From the NCBI GenBank assembly GCA_963663035.1, contig OY760074.1, positions 1,024,001-1,088,000 on the forward strand: a DNA stretch of 64,000 nt. The letters are read 5' to 3'. The stretch's first letter is position 1, and every line of letters starts with the position of its first letter. Positions 48,211 to 57,194 of this stretch are shown here, piece after piece. This stretch comes from Acidobacteriota bacterium. Lineage in GTDB: Bacteria > Acidobacteriota > UBA6911 > RPQK01 > JADFOI01. Made by a program: the position numbers and the translations under genes. The notes under the pieces are model-generated. The model saw only the letters and a program-made list of their open reading frames with translations, made no database searches and was not told the DNA's origin.

Positions 48211-48311
48211 ATCTTTCCCCTGGAACTTGCCTTTGCCCTGGTGAAGACTTAGGATGCTGCCCAAAGCATAATCTTTATGACGCTGCTGAAAGCAAAGAAG
48301 GGAAGGGAATT

Positions 48312-49967
48312 ATGAAGCGCGTAGTGTTCTCGATGGTCGGTTTATCCTTGGCTTCTGTCCTGGTTTTGGTTGGTTGCAGTGGAGTATGGGGGGATCAGGC
48401 ACTGTCGGAGGCAGAGCTGGCCTGTCTGGCTTTGACCGGTGTGAGAAATCTCACCATTACATCGGCTGAACTGGTCGATGCCACGGAGTCGACTCCCCAA
48501 TACTGCTATGTGAAGGGAACCATTCTCCCTGCCATCAAATATCATGTCCAGTTGCCCCTGCCGGAGAACTGGAATGGCCGATTTTTGAAGTCGGGAGACG
48601 GCGGCAAGGACGGGGATCTGGATTTTTCCAATGCCCGTCTGGCCCAGGGCTACGCGGTGGCCAACAGCAATACCGGTCACGACAGCGGAGCGGAACCGGG
48701 GTCAACCTTTGGATATAACAACCGCCAGGCGGAAATCGATTTTGGTTACCGAGCGGTGCATCTCACCGCCAATGCAGCCAAGACAGTGATTGATGCCTAT
48801 TACGATCAGGCTCCCGAATATTCCTACTTCGAGGGCTGCTCAACGGGTGGGATGCAGGCTATGACGGAAGCCCAGCGCTTCCCCTATGATTTTGACGGAA
48901 TTGTGGGCGGTGATCCCGGGTTCTTCTATCAGGCGCTCAACATCACCCATGTCTGGTATTTGCAGCGGATGTTCATGAATGACTATGCAGGCATGTTGGC
49001 CTTTGATAAGGACGGGGATGGTGCTTTTGACAGCATCAGAAAACTGGAGATGCTGGCGGAAGCGGTCATGGACAAATGCGACTCCAACGACGGGATCAGC
49101 GACGGGGTCATCGACAATCCGGCGGCTTGCGACTTCGACCCGGATGTGGACCTGGCCGGAATGATGTGCGCCGGCAACGTCAACGCCGATGAATGTCTCA
49201 CCACTGCACAACTGCAGACCATCAAGGATTTTTATGGCGGCGCTCACGACAGCAAAGGGGTTTCGATTTTAAATGGGAAAGCCTTCGGTACGGAACTGGC
49301 CTGGGCCCGTCGCTATATCCCCTATGAAGGGAACTCCTTTAGACCTTCCCAACTGGGCACTTCGGGTGATCACATCAACTACCTTTTCTACGAGACCGAT
49401 CCGGGTGTGGCAATGCAAGATCTTTCCGATCCCTCTCTTGCTCCCGATAAAAACCAGCTTCCTCCAGAGTGGTCTCTGTGGGACTTCAACATCGATGATT
49501 TCACCTCGGGCAAGGGCGATCTGATGAGATCCATTACCGATGCGACTGACGCTGATTTAACCCGATTTCATAGCAAAAACGGCGGCAAGATGATTCTCTA
49601 CACCGGTTGGGCTGATCCCTCACCTCCTGCTGCCAGACTGATCGATTATTACAACGAAGTTGTGAGTACCACCTTTGAAGGTGATCTGGAGACCACCAAA
49701 GAGAATCTACGCCTGTTCCTGGCGCCTGGGATGGGTCACTGCAGCGGTGGGCCCGGTCCCAACACCTGGGATAAGCTGGCCCCGCTGGTAGATTGGGTGG
49801 AAAATGGCAATGCGCCGGAGTTTGTGGTTGCCACCCACAGCACCGATGGGGTGGTGGACAATGAGCGGCCCATTTGCGCCTATCCGGAAATTGCCGTCTA
49901 CTCTGGACCGGCTGGCGGAGGAAACGATCCTGCCAATTGGGTGGCCAGCAATTTTACCTGCCAGTGA
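48312..49967 (+). CDS. Tannase/feruloyl esterase family lipoprotein
   Basis: LVGC lipobox, WNGRF, NTGH, YFEGCSTGG, GWAD, PGMGHC, RPICAYP. Confidence 0.92.
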   Translation: MKRVVFSMVGLSLASVLVLVGCSGVWGDQALSEAELACLALTGVRNLTITSAELVDATESTPQYCYVKGTILPAIKYHVQLPLPENWNGRFLKSGDGGKDGDLDFSNARLAQGYAVANSNTGHDSGAEPGSTFGYNNRQAEIDFGYRAVHLTANAAKTVIDAYYDQAPEYSYFEGCSTGGMQAMTEAQRFPYDFDGIVGGDPGFFYQALNITHVWYLQRMFMNDYAGMLAFDKDGDGAFDSIRKLEMLAEAVMDKCDSNDGISDGVIDNPAACDFDPDVDLAGMMCAGNVNADECLTTAQLQTIKDFYGGAHDSKGVSILNGKAFGTELAWARRYIPYEGNSFRPSQLGTSGDHINYLFYETDPGVAMQDLSDPSLAPDKNQLPPEWSLWDFNIDDFTSGKGDLMRSITDATDADLTRFHSKNGGKMILYTGWADPSPPAARLIDYYNEVVSTTFEGDLETTKENLRLFLAPGMGHCSGGPGPNTWDKLAPLVDWVENGNAPEFVVATHSTDGVVDNERPICAYPEIAVYSGPAGGGNDPANWVASNFTCQ

Positions 49968-50005
49968 TGGCGTTGATGGGTCGTGACCAGCTCATTGAGA
50001 TTCTG

Positions 50006-50201
50006 TAGCCCGCATTATGCATAAATTTTCTGCTACAGTGTCGCAATCATCCGCGCTGACGGCGTTGTGTTTCCTTGCGCTCCTCGGCGTACTGCATGAG
50101 TACGCCTGCGGGGCGCGACCCGCAAGCGGGTACCCCTCACACGCCTTGTCATCGCGGCGCTTGCGCCACTTCGCTACGAAAACCTATGCATAATGCGGGC
50201 T
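50006..50201. repeat. Long-hairpin repeat family A, copy 5 (with GTAC hairpin insert)
   Basis: TAGCCCGCATTATGCATA...TATGCATAATGCGGGCT; insert GCGCTCCTCGGCGTACTGCATGAGTACGCCTGCGG. Confidence 0.92.
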
Positions 50202-50298
50202 GGTGACGATTGTCACGGCAGTCCCCATCAAATAGTGCCAGAGTAGGGATCAGGAAAAATAAGAAGTCCAACGTCTTCTGCGCCCGTTTCGAGAAAAG

Positions 50299-50859
50299 AT
50301 GAAGAGTAGAGTTGTGAAAGTGATTGCTGCTGTTGCCTTCTCTCTCGTCCTGGCGGGCATGGCCAGCAGCTACTTTCTGGTGAAGATTCTGATGTGGGTG
50401 TGGCCTGGATTTCGAGACTCTGTTTTTCGAGAGGCGAGCAGAGGCCCATATGATCTGCACTCCTTGATTCTCCTCTCAATCTCGACACTTGTTCTCCTGA
50501 TGGCTGTTTACCTCTTTTTTGGGGTTGCCCACTACTTCCTCAAGCGGACCGGCTTCCATCAGGCACTGCACAGACTTTTCCACTGCACAGGCCACCACGC
50601 TTTATTTAACGCGTTGGCCCTGTCCGTCCTGCTTGCCTGTGTGATTCTGAACATGTGGGTCGTTGCTATCCAAAGTGTGACCCTGTACTCCCTGGGTTCT
50701 ATTGAAATCCTCGCATCTGAGATCCCACTAGACACGCGTTTGCGCCTGAGAGTGGATTTCTTCTGCATGAGAAACGCCGATGATTTTGACCTGCTCCACC
50801 AGAAGCTCCTGGTCCTCTCCAGGGCACTGAACGTATCACTGCCGGACTTTGACCTGTAA
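50299..50859 (+). CDS. Hypothetical membrane protein (3 TM)
   Basis: 186-aa ORF with three hydrophobic segments that fills the intergenic gap. Confidence 0.55.
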   Translation: MKSRVVKVIAAVAFSLVLAGMASSYFLVKILMWVWPGFRDSVFREASRGPYDLHSLILLSISTLVLLMAVYLFFGVAHYFLKRTGFHQALHRLFHCTGHHALFNALALSVLLACVILNMWVVAIQSVTLYSLGSIEILASEIPLDTRLRLRVDFFCMRNADDFDLLHQKLLVLSRALNVSLPDFDL

Positions 50860-50919
50860 CCCTGTAGGTTGAACTTCTTGCGAAAAGTTTGAAATATAGT
50901 AAAAGGGCTTCAATAAGTT

Positions 50920-51909
50920 ATGCGTCATAAAAAGAAGATTACAGCTGCTTTGGGCCAGCGTGAATTGGCCAGCTCGGTTCTGCTGAAAGACGTCGAGCTC
51001 GACCCCATCATGGAGATCCTCCAGGAGGGGGTTGTGAAGGAATTCAAGAAGGGCGATGTGTTGATTGAAGTGAAGCAATCGAACCGCTGCCTTTATATGA
51101 TCCTTGCCGGTCGTGTCAGTATCCAGCTGGAACCTCATTTGAATCCGATAGCCGTACTGGGTCCTGGAGATGTGGTGGGTGAGCTGTCTCTTATCGATGG
51201 GCAGCTGACCACGGCTTATGTGGTCACTGAGGCCTCTACCCGGGTGCTGGAACTTCAAGAACCAACCATGTCGTCCCTTCTGTGGGCTTCGCCTGGTGTG
51301 GCTCGTAATCTCTTATTTATCATGGCGCGGCGGTTGCGTCATTTGACCAACCAGGAGTTGCGGCGCGAACATGCACACTATGCGGTCCGTCAATACGCAC
51401 AGGATACGGTCATCGACACTCTCACGGGTCTGTATAATCGCCGCTGGCTGGACAGTATGCTGGTGCGCGAGTTGAATCGTTCTGAGCGGGACCACCGGCC
51501 CCTATCCCTGCTGTTAATCAGCATCGACGCTCTCGAAGAAGAGGCTGAGGACGCTGGCGAACTGGAGAGCGAGCAAATCCTCAATACGATCGCCTCGGTG
51601 CTTCAGGAAATCACGCGTCCCGGTGAGATGCTGGCTCGCTATGGGAAGGACGAGTTCCTGGCCTTGCTGCCGGACACTGATGCTTCCACGGGTCAGGAGG
51701 TCGGAGAGCGCTTGCGGGGGGCCATTCATCAGGCCGAGATAACCGCCTCGGACGAGGACTCCTCTTCTTACGTGACCGTCTCGATTGGGGTGGCTGAACT
51801 GACGGATGGGGATACGGCGGACACGCTTCTCTCTGCCGTTGACTCGGCTCTCCACGCGGCGAGACAGGGTGGGGGTAACCAGGTGTTTCTTATCCCCCGA
51901 CCCTCTTGA
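50920..51909 (+). CDS. cNMP-binding + degenerate GGDEF domain protein
   Basis: GDVVGELSLID; DTLTGLYNRR; ARYGKDEF; VTVSIGVA. Confidence 0.88.
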   Translation: MRHKKKITAALGQRELASSVLLKDVELDPIMEILQEGVVKEFKKGDVLIEVKQSNRCLYMILAGRVSIQLEPHLNPIAVLGPGDVVGELSLIDGQLTTAYVVTEASTRVLELQEPTMSSLLWASPGVARNLLFIMARRLRHLTNQELRREHAHYAVRQYAQDTVIDTLTGLYNRRWLDSMLVRELNRSERDHRPLSLLLISIDALEEEAEDAGELESEQILNTIASVLQEITRPGEMLARYGKDEFLALLPDTDASTGQEVGERLRGAIHQAEITASDEDSSSYVTVSIGVAELTDGDTADTLLSAVDSALHAARQGGGNQVFLIPRPS

Positions 51910-51955
51910 AGCGGCACCTGAACCCGCACTTCCCAGGGCCGCTCTCAGTTCACCT

Positions 51956-53314
51956 CTACATCCAGAAAAGATAATACATGAGAGCCAGAATCAGTCCGGT
52001 GCCCAGGTTCATGAGCACCCCGTTCTTGATCATCTCGCTCACCCGCACCAGCCCAGTGGAGTAAGCAATGGCATTGGGCGGGGTCCCCACAGGCATCATG
52101 AAATCGAGGGAGACCCCGATGGCTATCAGGATTGCCATGGCTTGCACTTCAATCTCCAGTGCCTGAGCAACCGGAATCATCAGCGGCACCAGAATGGCTG
52201 CAGAAGCGGTATTGCTGAGCATCATGGTGATGAAGATGCCGAAGAAAACCAGAATGAGTACGATGAGGAAGAGCGGGACTCTACCCAGGGACCTGGCCAG
52301 CGTTTCAGCCATCAGAACATCGATCTTCACCGTCATGAGAGCACTGCCCAGTGAGAGGCCCCCGCCGAACAGAAGCAGGGTCCCCCAGCTGATCTTTCCC
52401 AGGTCGGTGTCATCCAGGAGTCCCAGTCCGTACAGGAGAATGATGGGGCAAAGAGCGACGGTCGCTGAAGCCAACCCGGTCAGTTGTGTTGTGAGCCATC
52501 CCAGGGCAGTCAGGAGGAACACACCCAGGATGATCCACTGCTCTCGTGAGAGCCCCGCTTCGCCTGTGCTGACCCTGATCTGGTCGACCTCCGGCTTATT
52601 GAGCAGGCACAACATGAGCCACACGTAAAGGAGAGCGACGATGACAAAAGGAAGGGTCTGGACCATCCAGCCCACAAAGCTGAGCTCAATCCTCTCGATG
52701 TTGTTTTCAGCCAGGAACCTGACCGCGATCGCATTGGGGGGGCTGCCCACAATGGTGGCGACGCCGCCGATTGTGGCAGCGTAGGCTACCGCCAGAACAC
52801 AACCCTTGGCAAACTTGGAGGTGCCTGACAACAGCCCATTTTCTTTCAGTACCACAAGGCAGATGGGAATCATGATGGCGGAAGCAGCGGTGTTGGACAT
52901 CCACATGGAGAGAAAGGCAGTCACCAGCATGAGTCCCAGGATGAACAGATAGGGATTGGTGCCAATGCGCCTGAGCAGGGCACTGGCTATGGTAGAATCC
53001 AGGCCGTGCTTCTGCATGCCCCGGGCCAGGATGAACCCCCCCAGGAACAGAACGATGACGGGATCAAAATAGGGCTGGAAGATCTCTTGAGTTCCAAACC
53101 CGGCCACAACGATCAGGAGAAAGGAAGAGATGAGAGAGGTGATGTACAGGGGAATCACCTCGGAGACCCAGAGAACCACAGCTACCGCTACGATGGCCAG
53201 CACCACCCTCTGGCGGGACTCCAGGACGGCTGACCCAAAGTGGACCAGGAACGCCGCCACTCCGGCCGCAAGGAAATAACCCACTCTCCTCTTGGTGGAT
53301 ATCCTCTCTTCCAT
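51956..53314 (-). CDS. DASS/SLC13 family di-/tricarboxylate or sulfate:Na+ symporter
   Basis: LSMWMSNTAAS, TIVGSPPNAI, MLSNTASA, MMPVGTPPNAIAY. Confidence 0.92.
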   Translation of the reverse strand: MEERISTKRRVGYFLAAGVAAFLVHFGSAVLESRQRVVLAIVAVAVVLWVSEVIPLYITSLISSFLLIVVAGFGTQEIFQPYFDPVIVLFLGGFILARGMQKHGLDSTIASALLRRIGTNPYLFILGLMLVTAFLSMWMSNTAASAIMIPICLVVLKENGLLSGTSKFAKGCVLAVAYAATIGGVATIVGSPPNAIAVRFLAENNIERIELSFVGWMVQTLPFVIVALLYVWLMLCLLNKPEVDQIRVSTGEAGLSREQWIILGVFLLTALGWLTTQLTGLASATVALCPIILLYGLGLLDDTDLGKISWGTLLLFGGGLSLGSALMTVKIDVLMAETLARSLGRVPLFLIVLILVFFGIFITMMLSNTASAAILVPLMIPVAQALEIEVQAMAILIAIGVSLDFMMPVGTPPNAIAYSTGLVRVSEMIKNGVLMNLGTGLILALMYYLFWM

Positions 53315-53324
53315 GTTTCTTAGG

Positions 53325-53351
53325 AATTCGGCACCTGAGGTGCCTCCCACG
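53325..53351. repeat. Family D REP
   Basis: AATTCGGCACCTGAGGTGCCTCCCACG; copies at 44792, 59534 and 62021. Confidence 0.85.
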
Positions 53352-53353
53352 CG

Positions 53354-56050
53354 CTACTTTCCCAGACTCAGCAGATTGGCCAGAAGACGATAAGCTCCTG
53401 GCACACCGGCCGGCAGTTGTCTCCACAGTCCAAGACCGACATAAATCCATCGGCCCTGCCCGTAGTCGGCCTCCACCAGGGAACCCAGCTTGACGCCCTG
53501 ATTGTACTCAAAGGGGTCCTGGGTGGAGATGAGGTCCCGGTAGCGGGGATCCTTCTCACCCATAAAGTAGAGGCCACGTTCCTGAACCCAGTCTTCCCAA
53601 TCCCGCCCGGAAATCTCATTGGGGGTAGAGAAGACGGGATGGGCAGGTTCCAGGATTCTGGCAGGCGCGTTTTCATCCGTCACCCTCCCGCTCCCCACCT
53701 GGGCGGGATAGGGGGCATAGGGACTGTCCAGCATCTGGCGGCGGCCGTCAGGTCCTCGGGCAGTTTCGTTGAATTCGAATTTGTTGTATTGAACGATCAT
53801 GGTCCCGCCGTCCTTGACCCAATCCAGCAGCCGGTAGTTGTAAGCTTTCAGATCTTCTCGATTCAGATAGGCGCGGATCCCGGTGACGATGACGTCGTAC
53901 TGGTCGAGATCACCAAACGCCAGGTCATCCTCGCTGAGGAAGGTGAAGTCCACTCCCAGTTGCTGCAGCGCTGCCGGGACCTTGTCGGCAACACCCAGAA
54001 TGTAGGCAATCTTCAAATCAGGTGTGACCTGGACATCGACGGCTTTTACCTGAATGGTGGAGGGATGATAGAGGAGACGGCGCTGGATATGGTGGTAGTC
54101 GATCACCTGATAACCCTGTTGATAGGTCTGACCCTGGAAGTTCCCGACTGCGCGAATCTCAAAGTCGCCGGCTGAGAGGTCTTGGGGAGCGATGATACGG
54201 AATCTTGTGGTAATAGATTGATTCTCGCGAGTAAAGGAGAGGGGGGCTTCCCGGGGAATCACCTCCCAGCCCGGAGGGACCTCCAGCCCGACACTTCCCG
54301 AGGTGGGCTCGCGGCCATTGTGCAAGGCAATTACGCGCACTTCGTGTCCCTGGGCGGCCTGAGCCAAGGGTACGATGTTGATCTCCGGGTCGACTCTTAA
54401 GGAGATGGCCGGCACCACCATCAGCTCATGCCGCTGTTCGCCGCCCACCCAGGGGCCTTCGTAGCGATGGCGAGCTGCAGACTCGAGTGTGGATGGAGTT
54501 CCGTTGGTCTCATAGATGACCCTGACATTGACAGAGGGCGGGCTCCACGGTTGAGTTGGATCTTGCGATCTGATGGATTCATAGCGATCCGCCTTGGGAT
54601 TTCTCTGCCAGTAGGGCTGCGACAATGCGGCTCCGGCTGGTACGGTCACTCGAAAGCTGTGGTTGACCACCGCTTTGGGGGGAACATGACTGGGGGTTTT
54701 CTCTGCGCTTCTGATCAGCCAACCGGGTGGCGCATCGATGTGGATGACGTTGATATCCAGGGGGCTGGGACCCCCGTTGGCGAGGGTTGCCACCAGCTCG
54801 AACTCCTGTCCTGGAATGACCATTCCGTCATCCACCAGTGTCTCAAGTGAGAGTTGGCGGGCAAAGTGGAGTGCTTCCATGAAGTCCTCCTCCTTGCGGT
54901 CCAGCAGGAAGAGAATCTGGAATTTCGCAGAGGCCTCGAGGCTGGCGGTTGCAATTTTGTTGCGCAGATCTCGTACGCCACTCAGACCTTTGGCCAGAGG
55001 TGGAGCTGTCTGCTCAGGAGTCGCCGGATGGTAGGCGGCCATTGCGGCATCAATGTGCCCTTGAATCTCCAGTAGATCGTGGTGAAGAAAGGAAACGTTG
55101 CTCCCCTCTCCCTGGGCGTAGGCTTCGATGGCAAAGAGAGTGGTATCGATGCCATCAAAAAGATCCTCCTCCTGGGTTTCTATTTCCATGGCCTCGTCGA
55201 ACCTTCTCCACTGGGAGGAACGTTCTCCCGGCAGGGCAAGCATCTGCGACATGCCCTGACATCGGTGGTAGGCGCGTTCCTGGGCTCCGACCTGGAAATA
55301 GGTTTTGCCCAGTAAAGGATCATAGATGCCCGTCTCCATTTGCAGGACCTTGAGTTGATCCTCCTGGCGTCCGGCTTGTGAGCCTCGCTGGCGGTACCGC
55401 TCGTAGATTTTCTTGGCCTGCCAGGGCTGCAGTCCCTCTGCGATTTGCTCGGGGAAGCGAGCAGGATCGGCTGCCGCACGAAAGGCCTCCTCGGCGATTA
55501 AGGCCGATGCCTGATGGTGCTGGCCGCCGCCTGTCCCGGTGCGTGAAAGGGTGGTGATGACGTCAGGTCGAAAGGTTCGAATCACCCGCACCACGTCCTT
55601 GAGGATTTCCTCCTTCCCCCATTTTTCCAGTGTCTCCTCCACGCTAAAGGAATAACCAAAGTCGAAGGCGCGGCCAAAGAACTGGCGAGTGGCATCATAT
55701 CGATGCATGGACATCAGTTCTTCGGTGCGCAGGATACCCAGCGCTTCAAACAGTTCAGGACCGATTTCGTTTTGACCGCCACCCCCCCGCGTCAAGGTGA
55801 GTAGGCCGGTCCGTGCTCCGCGACCGCGGCTGAGCATCATCAGCAGTCCATTGTCCTCGTCATCGGGATGGGCGGTTACCTGGAGGAAAGTTCCCGTGAC
55901 GGGGAGTTTCCTGAGTGCGAAGGCAAGTCCCAGAGCTCCCTCATCGAAGGAAACCGGGGGTAGTTGTGCGGCCAGGGGAGATATCCACAGGGACAAATTG
56001 ACCAGGGCCAGGACCACAGTAAAGAAAGGGGAGAGTGATTTTGATCTCAT
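53354..56050 (-). CDS. Secreted PIG-L/LmbE family deacetylase with NEW3-like and C-terminal GATase-like domains
   Basis: Signal peptide; AHPDDED, TRGGGGQN, LRTEEL, QHHQAS; C-terminal WVQERGLYF. Confidence 0.88.
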   Translation of the reverse strand: MRSKSLSPFFTVVLALVNLSLWISPLAAQLPPVSFDEGALGLAFALRKLPVTGTFLQVTAHPDDEDNGLLMMLSRGRGARTGLLTLTRGGGGQNEIGPELFEALGILRTEELMSMHRYDATRQFFGRAFDFGYSFSVEETLEKWGKEEILKDVVRVIRTFRPDVITTLSRTGTGGGQHHQASALIAEEAFRAAADPARFPEQIAEGLQPWQAKKIYERYRQRGSQAGRQEDQLKVLQMETGIYDPLLGKTYFQVGAQERAYHRCQGMSQMLALPGERSSQWRRFDEAMEIETQEEDLFDGIDTTLFAIEAYAQGEGSNVSFLHHDLLEIQGHIDAAMAAYHPATPEQTAPPLAKGLSGVRDLRNKIATASLEASAKFQILFLLDRKEEDFMEALHFARQLSLETLVDDGMVIPGQEFELVATLANGGPSPLDINVIHIDAPPGWLIRSAEKTPSHVPPKAVVNHSFRVTVPAGAALSQPYWQRNPKADRYESIRSQDPTQPWSPPSVNVRVIYETNGTPSTLESAARHRYEGPWVGGEQRHELMVVPAISLRVDPEINIVPLAQAAQGHEVRVIALHNGREPTSGSVGLEVPPGWEVIPREAPLSFTRENQSITTRFRIIAPQDLSAGDFEIRAVGNFQGQTYQQGYQVIDYHHIQRRLLYHPSTIQVKAVDVQVTPDLKIAYILGVADKVPAALQQLGVDFTFLSEDDLAFGDLDQYDVIVTGIRAYLNREDLKAYNYRLLDWVKDGGTMIVQYNKFEFNETARGPDGRRQMLDSPYAPYPAQVGSGRVTDENAPARILEPAHPVFSTPNEISGRDWEDWVQERGLYFMGEKDPRYRDLISTQDPFEYNQGVKLGSLVEADYGQGRWIYVGLGLWRQLPAGVPGAYRLLANLLSLGK

Positions 56051-56055
56051 GAGTC

Positions 56056-57183
56056 CTATGACCTCTCGTTTAAGATTTCTTCGTAGAAAGATTCATATTG
56101 GGGAATAATCAATTGACTGTCAAAAGAAGAGGCCGCTCGTTCTCGGGCCTCTTTCTGAAAAGCAGCATAGCGTTCAGCCTGGGTGAGGAGTTCCAGGGCT
56201 TTTTTTGCCATCCCGGAAACTTCTCCCACGGGAAGCAGAAAACCTGTTTCCCCGTCCACGACCACCTCCGGCAAGCCGCCAATGGAGGTGCCGATGACGG
56301 GGACACCGCAGGACATTGCTTCCAGAGCAACCAGCCCAAAGCTCTCCTGCTCACTGGGCAGAAGAAACAAGTCAGTGCAGCACAGCAGCTCTCCAAGATC
56401 ATCCTGTTCTCCCAGAAACCAAACGTCCGCTGAGAGTTTCAGCTCCTTCACCAGTTGCTGGACAAATAATCGTTCAGGTCCCTCACCGACCAGAAGCAAC
56501 TTCACGGGAATCTGCTCTCGAATGCGAGCGAAGATTCGAACCACGTCGGTGACCCTTTTCACAGGGCGGAAGTTGGAGGCGTGCATCAAGATCTTTTCTC
56601 CTTTGGGAGCGAAGTGTTCCCTGGTGCAATCGTTGGAATCCCGGTCGTATCGCCGGGTGTCGACGAAGTTATGGATCACCCGGATTTCACGGCCGATCGC
56701 AAACTCCTCCATGGTCCGCTTTTGAAGATACTTCGAAACAGCCGTCACCCCGTCCGATTGCTCAATGTTGAACTTGATCACCTGGTAAAAGGAGCTGTCC
56801 ATCCCGACCAGCGTGATGTCGGTTCCGTGCAGGGTTGTGATGGTTTTGACCTTCTGAGAGCCGAGTATTTGCTTGGCCAGATAGGCACTGGCCGCGTGAG
56901 GGACGGCATAGTGAGCGTGAAGGAGGTCCAGTCCGTATTCTTTGCTCACATTGACCAGCTTGGTGGCCAGGGAGAGAGCGTAAGGGGGGTATTTAAAGAG
57001 GGGATAAGAGGTTGCCTCAACCTCGTGGATGAAAACATTTTGATGAAAGGATCCCAGTCGAAAAGGAGTGGCGTAGCTGACGATGTGAACCTCGTGGTCC
57101 CGCTGGGCCAGGCCCAGGGCAAGTTCCGAGGCGACAACCCCGCTTCCACCATGGGTTGGATAGCAGATAATCCCGATTTTCAC
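56056..57183 (-). CDS. bshA: N-acetyl-alpha-D-glucosaminyl L-malate synthase
   Basis: CYPTHGGSGVVASELA, YPLFKYPPY, HAHYAVPHA, TTLHGTDITLVG, SNFRPVKR, ESFGLVALEAM. Confidence 0.93.
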   Translation of the reverse strand: MKIGIICYPTHGGSGVVASELALGLAQRDHEVHIVSYATPFRLGSFHQNVFIHEVEATSYPLFKYPPYALSLATKLVNVSKEYGLDLLHAHYAVPHAASAYLAKQILGSQKVKTITTLHGTDITLVGMDSSFYQVIKFNIEQSDGVTAVSKYLQKRTMEEFAIGREIRVIHNFVDTRRYDRDSNDCTREHFAPKGEKILMHASNFRPVKRVTDVVRIFARIREQIPVKLLLVGEGPERLFVQQLVKELKLSADVWFLGEQDDLGELLCCTDLFLLPSEQESFGLVALEAMSCGVPVIGTSIGGLPEVVVDGETGFLLPVGEVSGMAKKALELLTQAERYAAFQKEARERAASSFDSQLIIPQYESFYEEILNERS

Positions 57184-57194
57184 TTGAACAACTC

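Noticed and set aside
2613-50201. Repeats as a CRISPR array
   Set aside because: They are dispersed, have no regular repeat-spacer period, and no cas genes are present.
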